A DNA stretch of 64,000 nucleotides from a virus (lineage: Duplodnaviria; Heunggongvirae; Uroviricota; Caudoviricetes). Both the position numbers and the translations under genes were made by a program. Location: the IMG/VR virus record IMGVR_UViG_3300031087_000527, positions 145,384 through 209,383 of that record; one strand, written 5' to 3'. Below, one piece after another: positions 33,797-43,259 of this stretch (its first letter is position 1; each line of letters begins with the position of its first letter). The notes under the pieces are model-generated. The model had not been told where the DNA came from. It saw only the letters and a program-made list of their open reading frames with translations, and did no database searches.

Positions 33797-34099
33797 ATGA
33801 AAATCTCTAAGCTGAAACCTGGTGATGTTGTTTTCTCTGTTGAAAAGACAAAGATGGGTAATACTACGCTTAAAACCGTTTCTGTATTCCGCGTATCTAT
33901 TAAAGAAGTTCATGAGACACATGTTATTGCTTCATGGAATGGCAATAAACCTCGTCGTTTTGGTCTGGCGGCTGTGAGTAAGTGGAAAGAAAAGGAACCT
34001 GTAAGAATCCAGATTCGTCCTTGCTATTACCGTCTGGCAACAAAAGAAGAAATTGCTCAGATGGAAAAAGAAAAGGCTGAGAAAAAGCAGATTAACTAA
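33797..34099 (+). CDS. hypothetical protein (100 aa)
   Basis: GAGG SD. Terminator AAAGGAGGCAAACCTCCTTTTG. Confidence 0.75.
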   Translation: MKISKLKPGDVVFSVEKTKMGNTTLKTVSVFRVSIKEVHETHVIASWNGNKPRRFGLAAVSKWKEKEPVRIQIRPCYYRLATKEEIAQMEKEKAEKKQIN

Positions 34100-34151
34100 T
34101 CATAAAGGAGGCAAACCTCCTTTTGTATCACTTTATGTTTGAGGAAATATC

Positions 34152-34604
34152 ATGGCTACGTTTACGCCGATTGAGCGTCCGGTTATCAAGAATCAGCTTG
34201 AGTATACGCTTCAGGAATGTCATACGGATGTTAATGAACATGACGCCTGGGCGGGACCTGTTGTTTACATTGCCGATGAAGTCTCAACAAAAGAAGAAGC
34301 TGAGATTTTCCTGCGCTGCCTGCAGATTTGTATTGAGAAGTTCAATGGATCACGCACACGTTATGGTGAGCCTTACGACTCGGTAGATTTTGAAGCAGAA
34401 GAGTTCGAAGATGAATTTGATGAAATTGAGCATGATACCTCAGATAATGTCATTCGTTTCTCAAAAGATGGGAAAGATTATTTTATCGGTTATGATTTTG
34501 ATATGGGGATGCCTACCGAAGATGCGCGATACTTCGCGGGTGTGAAGTTTGTTAGTGCTATTTTCTACGATGAAAATGGCAACATGTTTAATGTAGAAAT
34601 GTAA
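34152..34604 (+). CDS. hypothetical acidic protein (150 aa)
   Basis: GAGGAAAT SD. Terminator GGCTGCCTCTGGGCGGCC plus T-run. Confidence 0.8.
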   Translation: MATFTPIERPVIKNQLEYTLQECHTDVNEHDAWAGPVVYIADEVSTKEEAEIFLRCLQICIEKFNGSRTRYGEPYDSVDFEAEEFEDEFDEIEHDTSDNVIRFSKDGKDYFIGYDFDMGMPTEDARYFAGVKFVSAIFYDENGNMFNVEM

Positions 34605-34656
34605 GCCAAGGCTGCCTCTGGGCGGCCTTTTTATTAACTAAATACAGGAGTTTTTT

Positions 34657-34908
34657 ATGACGAAAAAGAAAGTTCCCAAAACAATGATTATTAGTGGGAA
34701 AGTGAGTGATCTCTTTTTCATGACGATAAAAGATGAAAATGGGCAAGTCATCGCTGATTATGATGGTTATGTTCCATCTTTTGTTCCTAATGATGGTTCT
34801 GATTATATTTTGATGGAAATTGATATTGAAAATGGTCTGATTTTAGGCTGGCGTAATCCGACAGAGAGTGAGCAATTTCAGGATTTGATAAAGAATCATA
34901 AAGGATAA
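34657..34908 (+). CDS. hypothetical protein (83 aa)
   Basis: CAGGAG SD. Bidirectional terminator AAAAAGGCCAGAAATGGCCTTTCTTTT. Confidence 0.7.
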   Translation: MTKKKVPKTMIISGKVSDLFFMTIKDENGQVIADYDGYVPSFVPNDGSDYILMEIDIENGLILGWRNPTESEQFQDLIKNHKG

Positions 34909-34933
34909 AAAAAGGCCAGAAATGGCCTTTCTT

Positions 34934-35356
34934 TTAACGGATTTTAGGGCTGCTTGAATAAGGTATGCTGATAGTAGATGACGGCTGGTTGTAGCGGTCT
35001 CTGGCTTCTTTAAGTCTTGATGAAAAAGAAAGTTGGGGTTTATTTTGACTTACAGATGCCGCTGCAGGTTGTCTGATGTTTTCGTTATTTTTAGAAGAGT
35101 TTGGATTTACTGAGTCAAATATTTTACCTTGGGTTATATAAGGCTTTGTCTTTATATCTGTCATGTCTTTTGCTAGAATGTCATCGTGATTAGCTTGATA
35201 GATTTCATCTTTATTTGCTTCTTTGTAAATAACATCCATATTCTGCTGCCGAATAATGGTATCAACAGAGAATAAAGCCATATCAAGTTCCCTATTATGC
35301 TCATTCAAAGGTGGAACTTCTGCAAGGTTAAATCGCTTATACAGTGGAGCTGACAT
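34934..35356 (-). CDS. hypothetical protein (140 aa)
   Basis: Minus-strand ATG preceded by AAAGGATT. Confidence 0.65.
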   Translation of the reverse strand: MSAPLYKRFNLAEVPPLNEHNRELDMALFSVDTIIRQQNMDVIYKEANKDEIYQANHDDILAKDMTDIKTKPYITQGKIFDSVNPNSSKNNENIRQPAAASVSQNKPQLSFSSRLKEARDRYNQPSSTISIPYSSSPKIR

Positions 35357-35484
35357 AAAAAATCCTTTCTTTAAGTAGTTTCTTTAATTGTAGAGTAGAT
35401 TGAATTTTAGTCAAGCAAAAAAGCTTGTGCATCAGGTGCTTTTGCGCTATAATGACAACTATTAAATTTAAAAGGAAGGCTATA

Positions 35485-36378
35485 ATGAGAGATATTAATC
35501 AAACCATGAATAAGAACTTCATTCGGACGTTTAAGCTTCCGATTGCGGTAGATCGTGAGCCTTATTTCTCTTATTTTCTTAACCTTCTTGATCCTTATTA
35601 CGACACTCTTCGTAAGTTTGAACTGTTCAAAAAAGCGTATGATGTTCATGGTGAGTTGATGTTCAAGCATAACGCAAACAAGCTCGATGAAACGCTTAAA
35701 TATCTAAGCCAAAAGCCAGAGTATGCGCGTTTTGCTAAAATGGATATGAAGCCTTTTCAGAAAAAGCTGTCTATTCCTAAAAAAGAACTCTACACCACAG
35801 GTAATGAAGGCCGCGTCTATATCAGTATTGATTTGGTTAAGGCAAACTTCCAGTCTCTTAAACTTGTTGAGCCAACTCTCTTTGATGGTCATACGACTTT
35901 CAATGATTTTGCCGTAAGTCGTGGCTTTGATGAAGTGTTGCTTAACAGTAAGATCACTCGTCAAGTCATTTTTGGTGGCCTTTCTCCGGCGCGTCAGCAA
36001 AGTATTCAGCAGTTTATGATGGAAAACATTATTGCTGATCTGATGCGTAAAGGCTTCAATAAAGATGGTATTTATAGCCTGTCTTCTGATGAGATGATTT
36101 TTGAGGATGTTGGCTATAATCTTGAAGATATTAAAGATACGGCATCAGCGTTAGGCTATGAAGTCCGTGTAGAACGTTTTGACCTAGTGAAACCATTTGA
36201 GAAGGCTTACTTTGTAAAAGAAGGTCATGATGGTTCACGCGAGTTTAAGATGGTGACCACAGCAGTAATGGCTGAGTTCATTAAGAAATATGAAGGTCGC
36301 CCCCTGGAAGATATTGATCTTTATTTCTACGATGAGAATAAACGGCTATCTAAGTTTATTGAAACAAGTATTTTCTAA
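35485..36378 (+). CDS. hypothetical protein (297 aa)
   Basis: AAAGGAAGG SD before the ATG at 35485. Confidence 0.8.
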   Translation: MRDINQTMNKNFIRTFKLPIAVDREPYFSYFLNLLDPYYDTLRKFELFKKAYDVHGELMFKHNANKLDETLKYLSQKPEYARFAKMDMKPFQKKLSIPKKELYTTGNEGRVYISIDLVKANFQSLKLVEPTLFDGHTTFNDFAVSRGFDEVLLNSKITRQVIFGGLSPARQQSIQQFMMENIIADLMRKGFNKDGIYSLSSDEMIFEDVGYNLEDIKDTASALGYEVRVERFDLVKPFEKAYFVKEGHDGSREFKMVTTAVMAEFIKKYEGRPLEDIDLYFYDENKRLSKFIETSIF

Positions 36379-36424
36379 AAATACTTTTGATAAGTTAAAA
36401 CCACTATTAAAAAGAGGATTTAAA

Positions 36425-37048
36425 ATGATTAAAGAAATGCTGCCAGTAAACCGTGGGCGTGTCGATGATGCGGATGCGGTGTTTTATAAAGAAAAGACAG
36501 GCCGTGACATCACTAAAACGGAACTTCGTCTATTGCCTTTGCTTCACCACATGTATATGACAACCGATCCCGTAAATGGAAATCGTATCAATCAGGAAGA
36601 GCATGTCATTTTGACAGCAATGAAAGATGCAGGCTTTATTGAATTTGGTCGCGCTCGCCGTATGGTCGGTTTTTACGATGTGAAGATGAGTAAAGAGTCA
36701 TGGAATGTGATCGTTAAAATGCTGTATGACACTTATGCGGCTAAAGTTAAAGAACAGCCTGAGATTAAAGGCTCTTATCAGGATTTGGTTGGTCGTGAGA
36801 TTGATCGCGATGAAATGACGGCTATTTTCAAGCTTTGCTATGCTGTTATGAATGGTGGCTATATTGATGAAAATGATCTCACTCAAAAAGTAATGGCGGC
36901 ATTCAATCGCTTCAGTAAAAAAGGTTTGATTTACTTTGCACCGCGAGGCCCGGAAGCTGAACGTTATAATGTAGCTATCACTGAAGTGATGTGGTATGCG
37001 ATTAACGAGGTGTTATTTGAAAACGTGGTAAAGAAAGAAGTAGAATGA
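36425..37048 (+). CDS. hypothetical protein (207 aa)
   Basis: AAAGAGGAT SD before the ATG at 36425. Confidence 0.75.
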   Translation: MIKEMLPVNRGRVDDADAVFYKEKTGRDITKTELRLLPLLHHMYMTTDPVNGNRINQEEHVILTAMKDAGFIEFGRARRMVGFYDVKMSKESWNVIVKMLYDTYAAKVKEQPEIKGSYQDLVGREIDRDEMTAIFKLCYAVMNGGYIDENDLTQKVMAAFNRFSKKGLIYFAPRGPEAERYNVAITEVMWYAINEVLFENVVKKEVE

Positions 37049-37089
37049 AATTAAAAAAGAAAAGGGAGCATAGCTCCCTTTTTTATTAA

Positions 37090-37290
37090 TTAACGATTAC
37101 TGTCATGATTTACAAACAGGCTTGAGTCGCCCTGAACTTCACCACGCTGTGCCTGATGTTGAACAAAAGCTTGATAGCTCTGAGTTGTCTGCATGTTCTC
37201 ATCACCGTTGCCCTGTGTTGCCTGAGCTGCGAATGAACCTGTAAGTAAAGCGATAGCTAAAGCGGAAACTGCAATTTTAGTGTTTTTCAT
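37090..37290 (-). CDS. small secreted protein (signal peptide)
   Basis: Minus-strand ATG preceded by AAGGAAAAC. N-terminus MKNTKIAVSALAIALLTGSFAAQA. Confidence 0.65.
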   Translation of the reverse strand: MKNTKIAVSALAIALLTGSFAAQATQGNGDENMQTTQSYQAFVQHQAQRGEVQGDSSLFVNHDSNR

Positions 37291-37606
37291 GTTGTTTTCC
37301 TTTTATGAAGTTAAAATATTATGTGATGTGCATCACATTTGTATAAGAATGATACGCTATGATTATAGAATGATCAAGGCCTTATGTTTGATGGAGATAG
37401 TCAAAAAAACTGAAGTGAAATGATCAAATAGTGCTATACATTGAGAATGAAAGTTGATATAGTGAGTCTACTGATTTGAAGAGAGGTAAAGCTATGTGGT
37501 CTTACTATTTCATGTCCTACTCAATTCAGCCAGCCGAGCAGGTTGTGTCTGAAAATAAACGTGTATCTTTTTGGCGTAAGTTTTTTAACTAACTAAGAGG
37601 TGTAAT

Positions 37607-37825
37607 ATGGCATATCCTAATAAACCACAGAATCAAAAACAGCGTCAGTCTCAGTCCAACAATCGTTCCCGTTCCTCTTCAGGTTCTCGTTCGAGTGGTG
37701 GTGGTTATAATAGCGGCCTGTATGATGGCTATGATTCGAATGATTATGGTAGCCGTGACGATGGTTGTAGCAATAGCTATTCGTCGAATAGCGATTCAAG
37801 TGGTTCGTGTGGTTCTTCAGATTAA
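37607..37825 (+). CDS. low-complexity Ser/Gly/Asn/Asp-rich small protein with basic N-terminus
   Basis: AAGAGGTG SD. ...RSRSSSGSRSSGGGYNSGLYDGYDSNDYGSRDDG... Confidence 0.6.
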   Translation: MAYPNKPQNQKQRQSQSNNRSRSSSGSRSSGGGYNSGLYDGYDSNDYGSRDDGCSNSYSSNSDSSGSCGSSD

Positions 37826-37869
37826 AAAATAGTTGAATGTCATGTTCTGGACTGCTATACTGTCATTAC

Positions 37870-37921
37870 GGTGAGGTTAGCCGGAACATGAAAGTAAATT
37901 TAATTAAATGAGGTTAGTAAA
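37870..37921 (+). repeat. partial copy of the tnpB-flank element, forming the 5' leader of a small basic protein gene
   Basis: GGTGAGGTTAGCCGGAAC...AAAGTAAATTTAATTAAATGAGG resembles copy 1 (GCCTTAGCCGGAAC...GGGTTTAATGAAGAG). Confidence 0.4.
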
Positions 37922-38071
37922 ATGCAAGGCTCTGCTGGCGTTCGTGTAGAAAAGTTTGGTAAAGATAAACGTGACAGTCGTGGTGGTGAGTTCGGTGGTA
38001 AACAGGATTCACGTAAAAAAGGCAAAGTTCAACGTGGAAAACGTCGTGATGACGAGCAAAGCGGTTTCTAA
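37922..38071 (+). CDS. small basic protein (49 aa), paralogue of 43402..43551
   Basis: GAGGTTAG SD. MQGSAGVRVEKFGKDKRDSRGG...KVQRGKRRDDEQSGF shares VRVEKFxK with its paralogue. Terminator GGCTGCTTCGGCAGCC follows. Confidence 0.55.
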   Translation: MQGSAGVRVEKFGKDKRDSRGGEFGGKQDSRKKGKVQRGKRRDDEQSGF

Positions 38072-38144
38072 GCTGTAAGGGCTGCTTCGGCAGCCTTCTC
38101 TTAAATAGTCTGAATTGGTATATTTAAACTATTAGGAGAGAAAA

Positions 38145-38570
38145 ATGATTAAAGTAGATTACGAACACTCTGAGAATTTTATTGACGAAAATGATATCTT
38201 CGTTGGTTTTAATACAGAGTTCCAATGCTGTGAAAACTTCGGTTGGTATTTTAAAGATAACGACTGTATCGACGATGCTCAGGCGTTGTCAGAGAATGAA
38301 GATGTTGTAAGTAAGATTGACTTTGATATGGAAGGATGGGTGTTTGATACCTCCTACTGTGAATGCAAATACTACGATACAAAGACATTTACTTCTGTTG
38401 ATGCTGTAGTCTTTCGTATAATCAAAGAAGCTCAAGAAAAGTTTCTGTTCTTGTTTAATGTAGGTAATGGCATGTATGCGCACGATTTTTTCTTCGGTGC
38501 ATGCAAAGATGCCCACGCCAATAAAGCATTAAGTGATAATCAAGTGATTATTGAACAAGGTTCAGTATAA
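38145..38570 (+). CDS. hypothetical protein (141 aa)
   Basis: TAGGAGAGAAAA SD. Terminator 38577..38599. Confidence 0.8.
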   Translation: MIKVDYEHSENFIDENDIFVGFNTEFQCCENFGWYFKDNDCIDDAQALSENEDVVSKIDFDMEGWVFDTSYCECKYYDTKTFTSVDAVVFRIIKEAQEKFLFLFNVGNGMYAHDFFFGACKDAHANKALSDNQVIIEQGSV

Positions 38571-38616
38571 ACAATAAAGCACCGAAAGGTGCTTTTTTTA
38601 CATCAGGAGAAAAAAT

Positions 38617-38913
38617 ATGATCGAACAAATGATGAGTATTAAGCATATTTATGCGGATATTGAGAAAAAAGAAAAAGAAGCTCGCTTACAAATATCCGAA
38701 AATAGCAAAGGTATTCAAGAAATAGCGGCTCTTTATGAGCCAGAGCGTATTTCTCTAATCAAAGAAGCGCAGTCCGCCTTAAAAGAACATGGCTTCCTAT
38801 GGGATACGAAAAACTTAAGTGTTATAATGGTCAAGTTTAAACCTCTTTCATGGCGTGATCATGTTTTCTTTGTTGAGCGACATATCGGTCGATGCCTTAC
38901 CAATGTAGCTTAA
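38617..38913 (+). CDS. hypothetical protein (98 aa)
   Basis: CAGGAGAAAAA SD. Confidence 0.75.
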   Translation: MIEQMMSIKHIYADIEKKEKEARLQISENSKGIQEIAALYEPERISLIKEAQSALKEHGFLWDTKNLSVIMVKFKPLSWRDHVFFVERHIGRCLTNVA

Positions 38914-39007
38914 ATAGTCATGTTAATTATACTAAACAGGAAAAGATATTTTGCTTATCATTTTCTATAATAGTATAATATACTAAACAACAAATGAGGA
39001 TACTACT

Positions 39008-39367
39008 ATGTTAAAGCCATCTGTTTCTGCAAATGATCTGAAAGTAAAAAATGAGGCCATCGAGAATGAAAAATACAGCAGCCTCAACGCCGCATTTAAT
39101 AATATCGAGACGAAGCTTAAAAATAAGATGGAAACAATGAAGCAGGCTATTAGCTCTGGAGAGGTTGTAGCTCATGTTAAAATGACTAGGCCGCTGCGTG
39201 AAAATGATCTGAAGGAACTTCAGGATGCTTATCATGGATCAGGATTCTCGGTTGAGATGAAACGGGAAGAAGAACTGCAGGATTATACAGGTCAGCCTAA
39301 CAGATTTGGCAACTATATTCCTGCAGAGTATGACACTGTTTACGTGCTTACAGTCAGGATGATATAA
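39008..39367 (+). CDS. hypothetical protein (119 aa)
   Basis: TGAGGAT SD. Terminator 39371..39393. Confidence 0.75.
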   Translation: MLKPSVSANDLKVKNEAIENEKYSSLNAAFNNIETKLKNKMETMKQAISSGEVVAHVKMTRPLRENDLKELQDAYHGSGFSVEMKREEELQDYTGQPNRFGNYIPAEYDTVYVLTVRMI

Positions 39368-39442
39368 AAAAGGCCCTACGGGGCTTTTTTGCTTTTTGTA
39401 TTTCATGTGGTAAAATGCTTGTATTAATAATAGGAGAGAGAT

Positions 39443-39592
39443 ATGTCAGAGCATTATGTGCTAACACAAGAAGAGCTTGAGCAACTAACGGAGATTGCTC
39501 AGGAGACTTCAGTAGAAGTTCCTCATGGTCTAAGTCGTGAGGAAAGGCGTGAATGGTCAAAAAAAGAGCTTGAAGCTAAAAAAGATGCCTGA
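39443..39592 (+). CDS. small ORF (49 aa)
   Basis: TAGGAGAGAG SD. Its stop overlaps the next ATG (ATGCCTGA). Confidence 0.5.
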   Translation: MSEHYVLTQEELEQLTEIAQETSVEVPHGLSREERREWSKKELEAKKDA

Positions 39593-39857
39593 TATACTGA
39601 AATCTATTAAGTCAGATCAGGTGTTTAATATGCAAAAGGTGAAATGTGTAGAGTCAGGCAATAAGAAATATGAAATGGTTTTAGAATACGGAGAAACCTT
39701 AAACACGATTTCTTTGTCGGTATCAGAAAAAGGCGAGCAAGTAGTTCGTTACCTGAATCAGTTTTTGAGAAATGTGTCGGATACTGATGTGTTTAAAACC
39801 ATGTTGAAACATAACTTAGGCGAAGCGGAGAGTGCTGAGCTTATCGGTCAAATCTAA
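39585..39857 (+). CDS. hypothetical protein (90 aa)
   Basis: Translationally coupled ATG inside the GTG-initiated track ORF 39537. Confidence 0.55.
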   Translation: MPDILKSIKSDQVFNMQKVKCVESGNKKYEMVLEYGETLNTISLSVSEKGEQVVRYLNQFLRNVSDTDVFKTMLKHNLGEAESAELIGQI

Positions 39858-39877
39858 GCCTCTTCGGAGGCTTTTTT
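39858..39877 (+). terminator. rho-independent terminator (GCCTCTTCGGAGGC plus TTTTTT), third identical copy
   Basis: Same hairpin as 14729 and 15261. Abuts the 3' end of the minus-strand ferredoxin gene. Confidence 0.65.
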
Positions 39878-40115
39878 AATAGATGGCTATTTCGATATCG
39901 GTCTTAGGCACCGTACAGCAAAGAAGGAACTCGCCTGATGGTTTATAAGCCAAGTCATCTTTGACCATCATAATCTCTCCTGAGATCAGTTTGCTGTGGC
40001 AAGCGCCACAAAATCCATCCATGCAATTAAACTCTACAATGATTTCTTTAGCTAAAAGATAGTGAAGCAACGATGTGTGATTAAAGTCGGTTATTTTGAC
40101 ATGAATGTTTCTCAT
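39876..40115 (-). CDS. plant-type [2Fe-2S] ferredoxin-like protein (79 aa)
   Basis: Minus-strand ATG preceded by GAGGAG. Cys pattern C-x4-C-x2-C...29 aa...C (CMDGFCGACH ... LLCC). Confidence 0.75.
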   Translation of the reverse strand: MRNIHVKITDFNHTSLLHYLLAKEIIVEFNCMDGFCGACHSKLISGEIMMVKDDLAYKPSGEFLLCCTVPKTDIEIAIY

Positions 40116-40209
40116 ACGTACTCCTCATTAAGTATTCATAGTATAACACGCTTTCCAGCCAACTAAAAACCAAAATAAAAAAGATTTCGCTATGCAATCA
40201 TAGTTCGTA

Positions 40210-40440
40210 ATGCTAGAATGGCTTTTCAAATCAAGGAATAGGGCAAGGCTAAAAATGACATTTGGAAACGTGGAGTGTTCTTGGTTCAAGATAATGTTGT
40301 TGTTTGCATCGTTTTTAATAGGTGGCTTCATGGCTATAGATGCTCCGGCAATTAACGTTGCTGATAATGTTATTCGCTTTCTTCAAGGAGGTTCTATTTC
40401 TTTTGTGATCTGCTGTGTGATCATGGCTTTCATGCCGTAA
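40210..40440 (+). CDS. small membrane protein (76 aa)
   Basis: AGGGCAAGG SD. Two hydrophobic segments. Terminator 40471..40491. Confidence 0.5.
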   Translation: MLEWLFKSRNRARLKMTFGNVECSWFKIMLLFASFLIGGFMAIDAPAINVADNVIRFLQGGSISFVICCVIMAFMP

Positions 40441-40601
40441 ACATAAAAAATGAAACATTAGTTTATATTAAGCACCTTCGGGTGCTTTTTTATTTGTATT
40501 ATTAAAATACATTAAAAATAATTATGTATAGCTATTGTTATATTGTATTTTTTTTATTACTTTCGAATTGTATTTCATTAACAATAAGGAAGAAAGTATA
40601 A

Positions 40602-41162
40602 ATGAAGATTTTTATTAGGAATAGAAAGTTAAAAGGATTTTCTTTGTTAGAGTTATTATTGGTTTTAGGAATAATAGCGGCGCTAATAGTGGCGGCTTTT
40701 ATTGTTTATCCTAAAGTAAGAACTTCGCAAATAGTTGACGCTGAATCTAAAAATATTGCGACCATTAGAGCAGGATTACTGGCTTTATATTCATCCACAA
40801 CGAATATAACAACAGTAAATAATACAGTAGGAATAAATGCGCAAATATTTCCTGATAATATGTTAGTTCAAAGTGGTGGAACAGTATCAGATGTGGTTAA
40901 TGGTTTTAAAGGTAAAGTAAAGTTGTCTGCTACAAATTATGCTTCCTATGGTAAGGTTGTGTTCAATATAAGTTATGCCAACGTCCCTCAAGATGCTTGC
41001 GTTAAGCTTGTAACAGCAGTTGCTCCAAGTATGTCTATGGTTAACATAGGCGGTAGTTATGCTAAAAGTGATTTATCTAATGTTGACTGGAGTGTGGCAA
41101 ATGCAGCGACAGCATGTAACTCTGCCGGAACAAGCTCAACGATTGTTTTTTCATTTTATTAA
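40602..41162 (+). CDS. type IV pilin/pseudopilin-like protein (class III prepilin signal)
   Basis: AAGGAAGAAAG SD. N-terminus MKIFIRNRKLKG|FSLLELLLVLGIIAALIVAAFIVYP matches the prepilin peptidase site G/F-x-x-x-E followed by a hydrophobic helix. Confidence 0.8.
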   Translation: MKIFIRNRKLKGFSLLELLLVLGIIAALIVAAFIVYPKVRTSQIVDAESKNIATIRAGLLALYSSTTNITTVNNTVGINAQIFPDNMLVQSGGTVSDVVNGFKGKVKLSATNYASYGKVVFNISYANVPQDACVKLVTAVAPSMSMVNIGGSYAKSDLSNVDWSVANAATACNSAGTSSTIVFSFY

Positions 41163-41273
41163 ATCCTTAATCATGATTATTTCTAAAAGGCATACTTTCG
41201 CGGTGTGCCTTTTTATTTGCGATTAGAATATTATTTATGTTATTATGCTATTACTATATAAGAGGGTATAAAA

Positions 41274-41822
41274 ATGAATACGACAACGAAAAAGCGTCCT
41301 AAAATAACTGAAGAGTTTGTTTATGCGAAATCTGAAGGTGAGCTGTTAGTAGAGGAGATGGAAAAACTGTCGGCTGCAGGTGTTGAACGTAGCAGTATGG
41401 GGCGCAATCATCCAAATGAGCGCGAGTTGCCAGTGAGAAAAAATGCTGACGGCTTGATTGATGTTCATTCATTTATTTCTGAAGCGCATTTTGAAGGCTA
41501 TATCAAGAAAGAGCTGGATCGTCCGGGCTTGTTCCCACTAAAGAAAAAATGGAATGTTGGTGGCACAGGTGCTGATGGCTATGGTGGGGAAACTGTTATA
41601 GAAGCTGAGCGCGAGCCTAAGTATCCTGAAGCTCTGTTAGATATTCTTGAGTTATTGCGTCCGAATATGACGGCTATACAGATTGAGCGCGTATTGTCTG
41701 GTTTGGAGTATTCAGAGCATACAGATACTGAAGTTGGCTATTACTACGACAAACACGATGTCATGATTCATGAGTATGAAACGCAAAGTTTACTTGAATC
41801 GCTGAAAAAGACATTCGGTTAA
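41274..41822 (+). CDS. hypothetical protein (182 aa), paralogue of 41901
   Basis: AAGAGGG SD. Shared C-terminal domain (KKW.VGG...). Confidence 0.85.
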   Translation: MNTTTKKRPKITEEFVYAKSEGELLVEEMEKLSAAGVERSSMGRNHPNERELPVRKNADGLIDVHSFISEAHFEGYIKKELDRPGLFPLKKKWNVGGTGADGYGGETVIEAEREPKYPEALLDILELLRPNMTAIQIERVLSGLEYSEHTDTEVGYYYDKHDVMIHEYETQSLLESLKKTFG

Positions 41823-41900
41823 AGTATTGCTAAAATAGTAATAGAAAAGCATATCAGTTTCTGGTATGCTTTTTTTATTGCATAAAACAAAGAGGTTAGC

Positions 41901-42263
41901 ATGATTGATATTAATAGCATTAAATATGCCGAAGAATTGGAAAAACTAGTTGAGGAAGAGTTGGGACGTAAAGTGTTCCCAATTGAAAAGAAATGGGTTT
42001 CCGGCGGTGTGGTTCGAGGTTGGACTGGTACTGAGTCTCGTATTCCTGCTGAAGCAGAGCCTTTACATGATCCAGAAGAATGGATTGATGTGCTTGAGGT
42101 GATTTGTCCTAATATTAATTTCCTCCAGTATAAGCGTCTGGAAAGTAGAGGCCTGTGGGATGAAGATACTGATAGTAGAAATGATTACTATGAATGCGAA
42201 GAATACAAGATCAAACGTCTGAATACCGAAAATCTCTTAGATGCCTTGAAATCCATTTTTTAA
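41901..42263 (+). CDS. hypothetical protein (120 aa), shorter paralogue of 41274
   Basis: AAAGAGG SD. Aligns with the C-terminal half of 41274. Confidence 0.8.
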   Translation: MIDINSIKYAEELEKLVEEELGRKVFPIEKKWVSGGVVRGWTGTESRIPAEAEPLHDPEEWIDVLEVICPNINFLQYKRLESRGLWDEDTDSRNDYYECEEYKIKRLNTENLLDALKSIF

Positions 42264-42274
42264 GTGAGAAAACC

Positions 42275-42718
42275 ATGAACATTAAAGTTGTCTTCATCGT
42301 TGGCTTACCCGGAGCAGGGAAGACAACTTTACTAAAACAAATGGGTGATGGTTTTTGTATTGATGATTTATCCATTAACCTGGATAAATTGGATAACTTT
42401 AAACAGAATCCAGAACCAGTCCTGTATATTGCTGATCCGACTCTATGCATGGCTACTCAGGAAAGGGCTGAAACTTCTTTGAAGAAGATGCTGGGTTCAG
42501 ATTTTACTGTTGAGTCATTTCAATGGTGCTTCTTTGAAAATGATTTAGAGGCTTGCTGGGCAAATGTTGAAGCGCGTCAAGATAAAAGGAAAATCGATAT
42601 TCATTTCGTGAAGCATCTCTTTCGCTGCTATGCTGAGAACTATGATCTGGATAAGCAAGAGCTAATTCCCGTTTACAAAGGAAATCAAAATGTTTCTAAA
42701 AAATCCAGAAAAATATAG
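42275..42718 (+). CDS. P-loop NTPase / nucleotide-kinase-like protein (147 aa)
   Basis: Walker A VVFIVGLPGAGKTTLLKQ. Start at 42275 within the track ORF 42194. Confidence 0.75.
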   Translation: MNIKVVFIVGLPGAGKTTLLKQMGDGFCIDDLSINLDKLDNFKQNPEPVLYIADPTLCMATQERAETSLKKMLGSDFTVESFQWCFFENDLEACWANVEARQDKRKIDIHFVKHLFRCYAENYDLDKQELIPVYKGNQNVSKKSRKI

Positions 42719-43118
42719 CTATACATTAACTCTGGTTGATTCTGATATGCCTGATTATAAAGGAGAAGACTATATCAGGGATTTCTTCTCGGTTGATGGG
42801 AATCTATTAATAACACAACACGATCATAATGATAAAATGATTAGTCCAGACGCTATGTTGTGGGCGACACCTTATACACGTCATGAGGTTAAAACCATTC
42901 ATGATATCAAAGCGGCTTTATCTTTAAAAAGTATTTTTGTGGATGACTGCTATGATGAATCAGTGATTCTTTCAGACCTCTCAGAGTCAGACACTTTTAT
43001 CACACTCTTTGGAGACAGGCCTGTAAGCGACTTGTCGGATGATACAATTGCGTATTACGTTAAAGGCAAGCCCATAAAAGTAAGCGCGTCTGAGTTTTTT
43101 GAGGAAGTATTGGCTTAA
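42690..43118 (+). CDS. hypothetical protein (142 aa)
   Basis: AAAGGAAAT SD. Overlaps the previous gene by 29 nt. Confidence 0.7.
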   Translation: MFLKNPEKYSYTLTLVDSDMPDYKGEDYIRDFFSVDGNLLITQHDHNDKMISPDAMLWATPYTRHEVKTIHDIKAALSLKSIFVDDCYDESVILSDLSESDTFITLFGDRPVSDLSDDTIAYYVKGKPIKVSASEFFEEVLA

Positions 43119-43259
43119 AAACAAGCAAACTAACACGATGATCTCAAATAATGCTTGAACCACAAAAAGGCGATTGCTATACTTATTTCACTGGTTAGGG
43201 CGCACGCCCATGTTTTTTAAAAGAAGATTGAAGCAACTAACACAACAAAATGCGGTAAT

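Noticed and set aside
14729-39877. Repeated GCCTCTTCGGAGGC hairpins as a possible CRISPR array
   Set aside because: There are only three copies, kilobases apart, each followed by a T-run and placed at gene ends. They are terminators. There is no repeat-spacer periodicity anywhere in the window.
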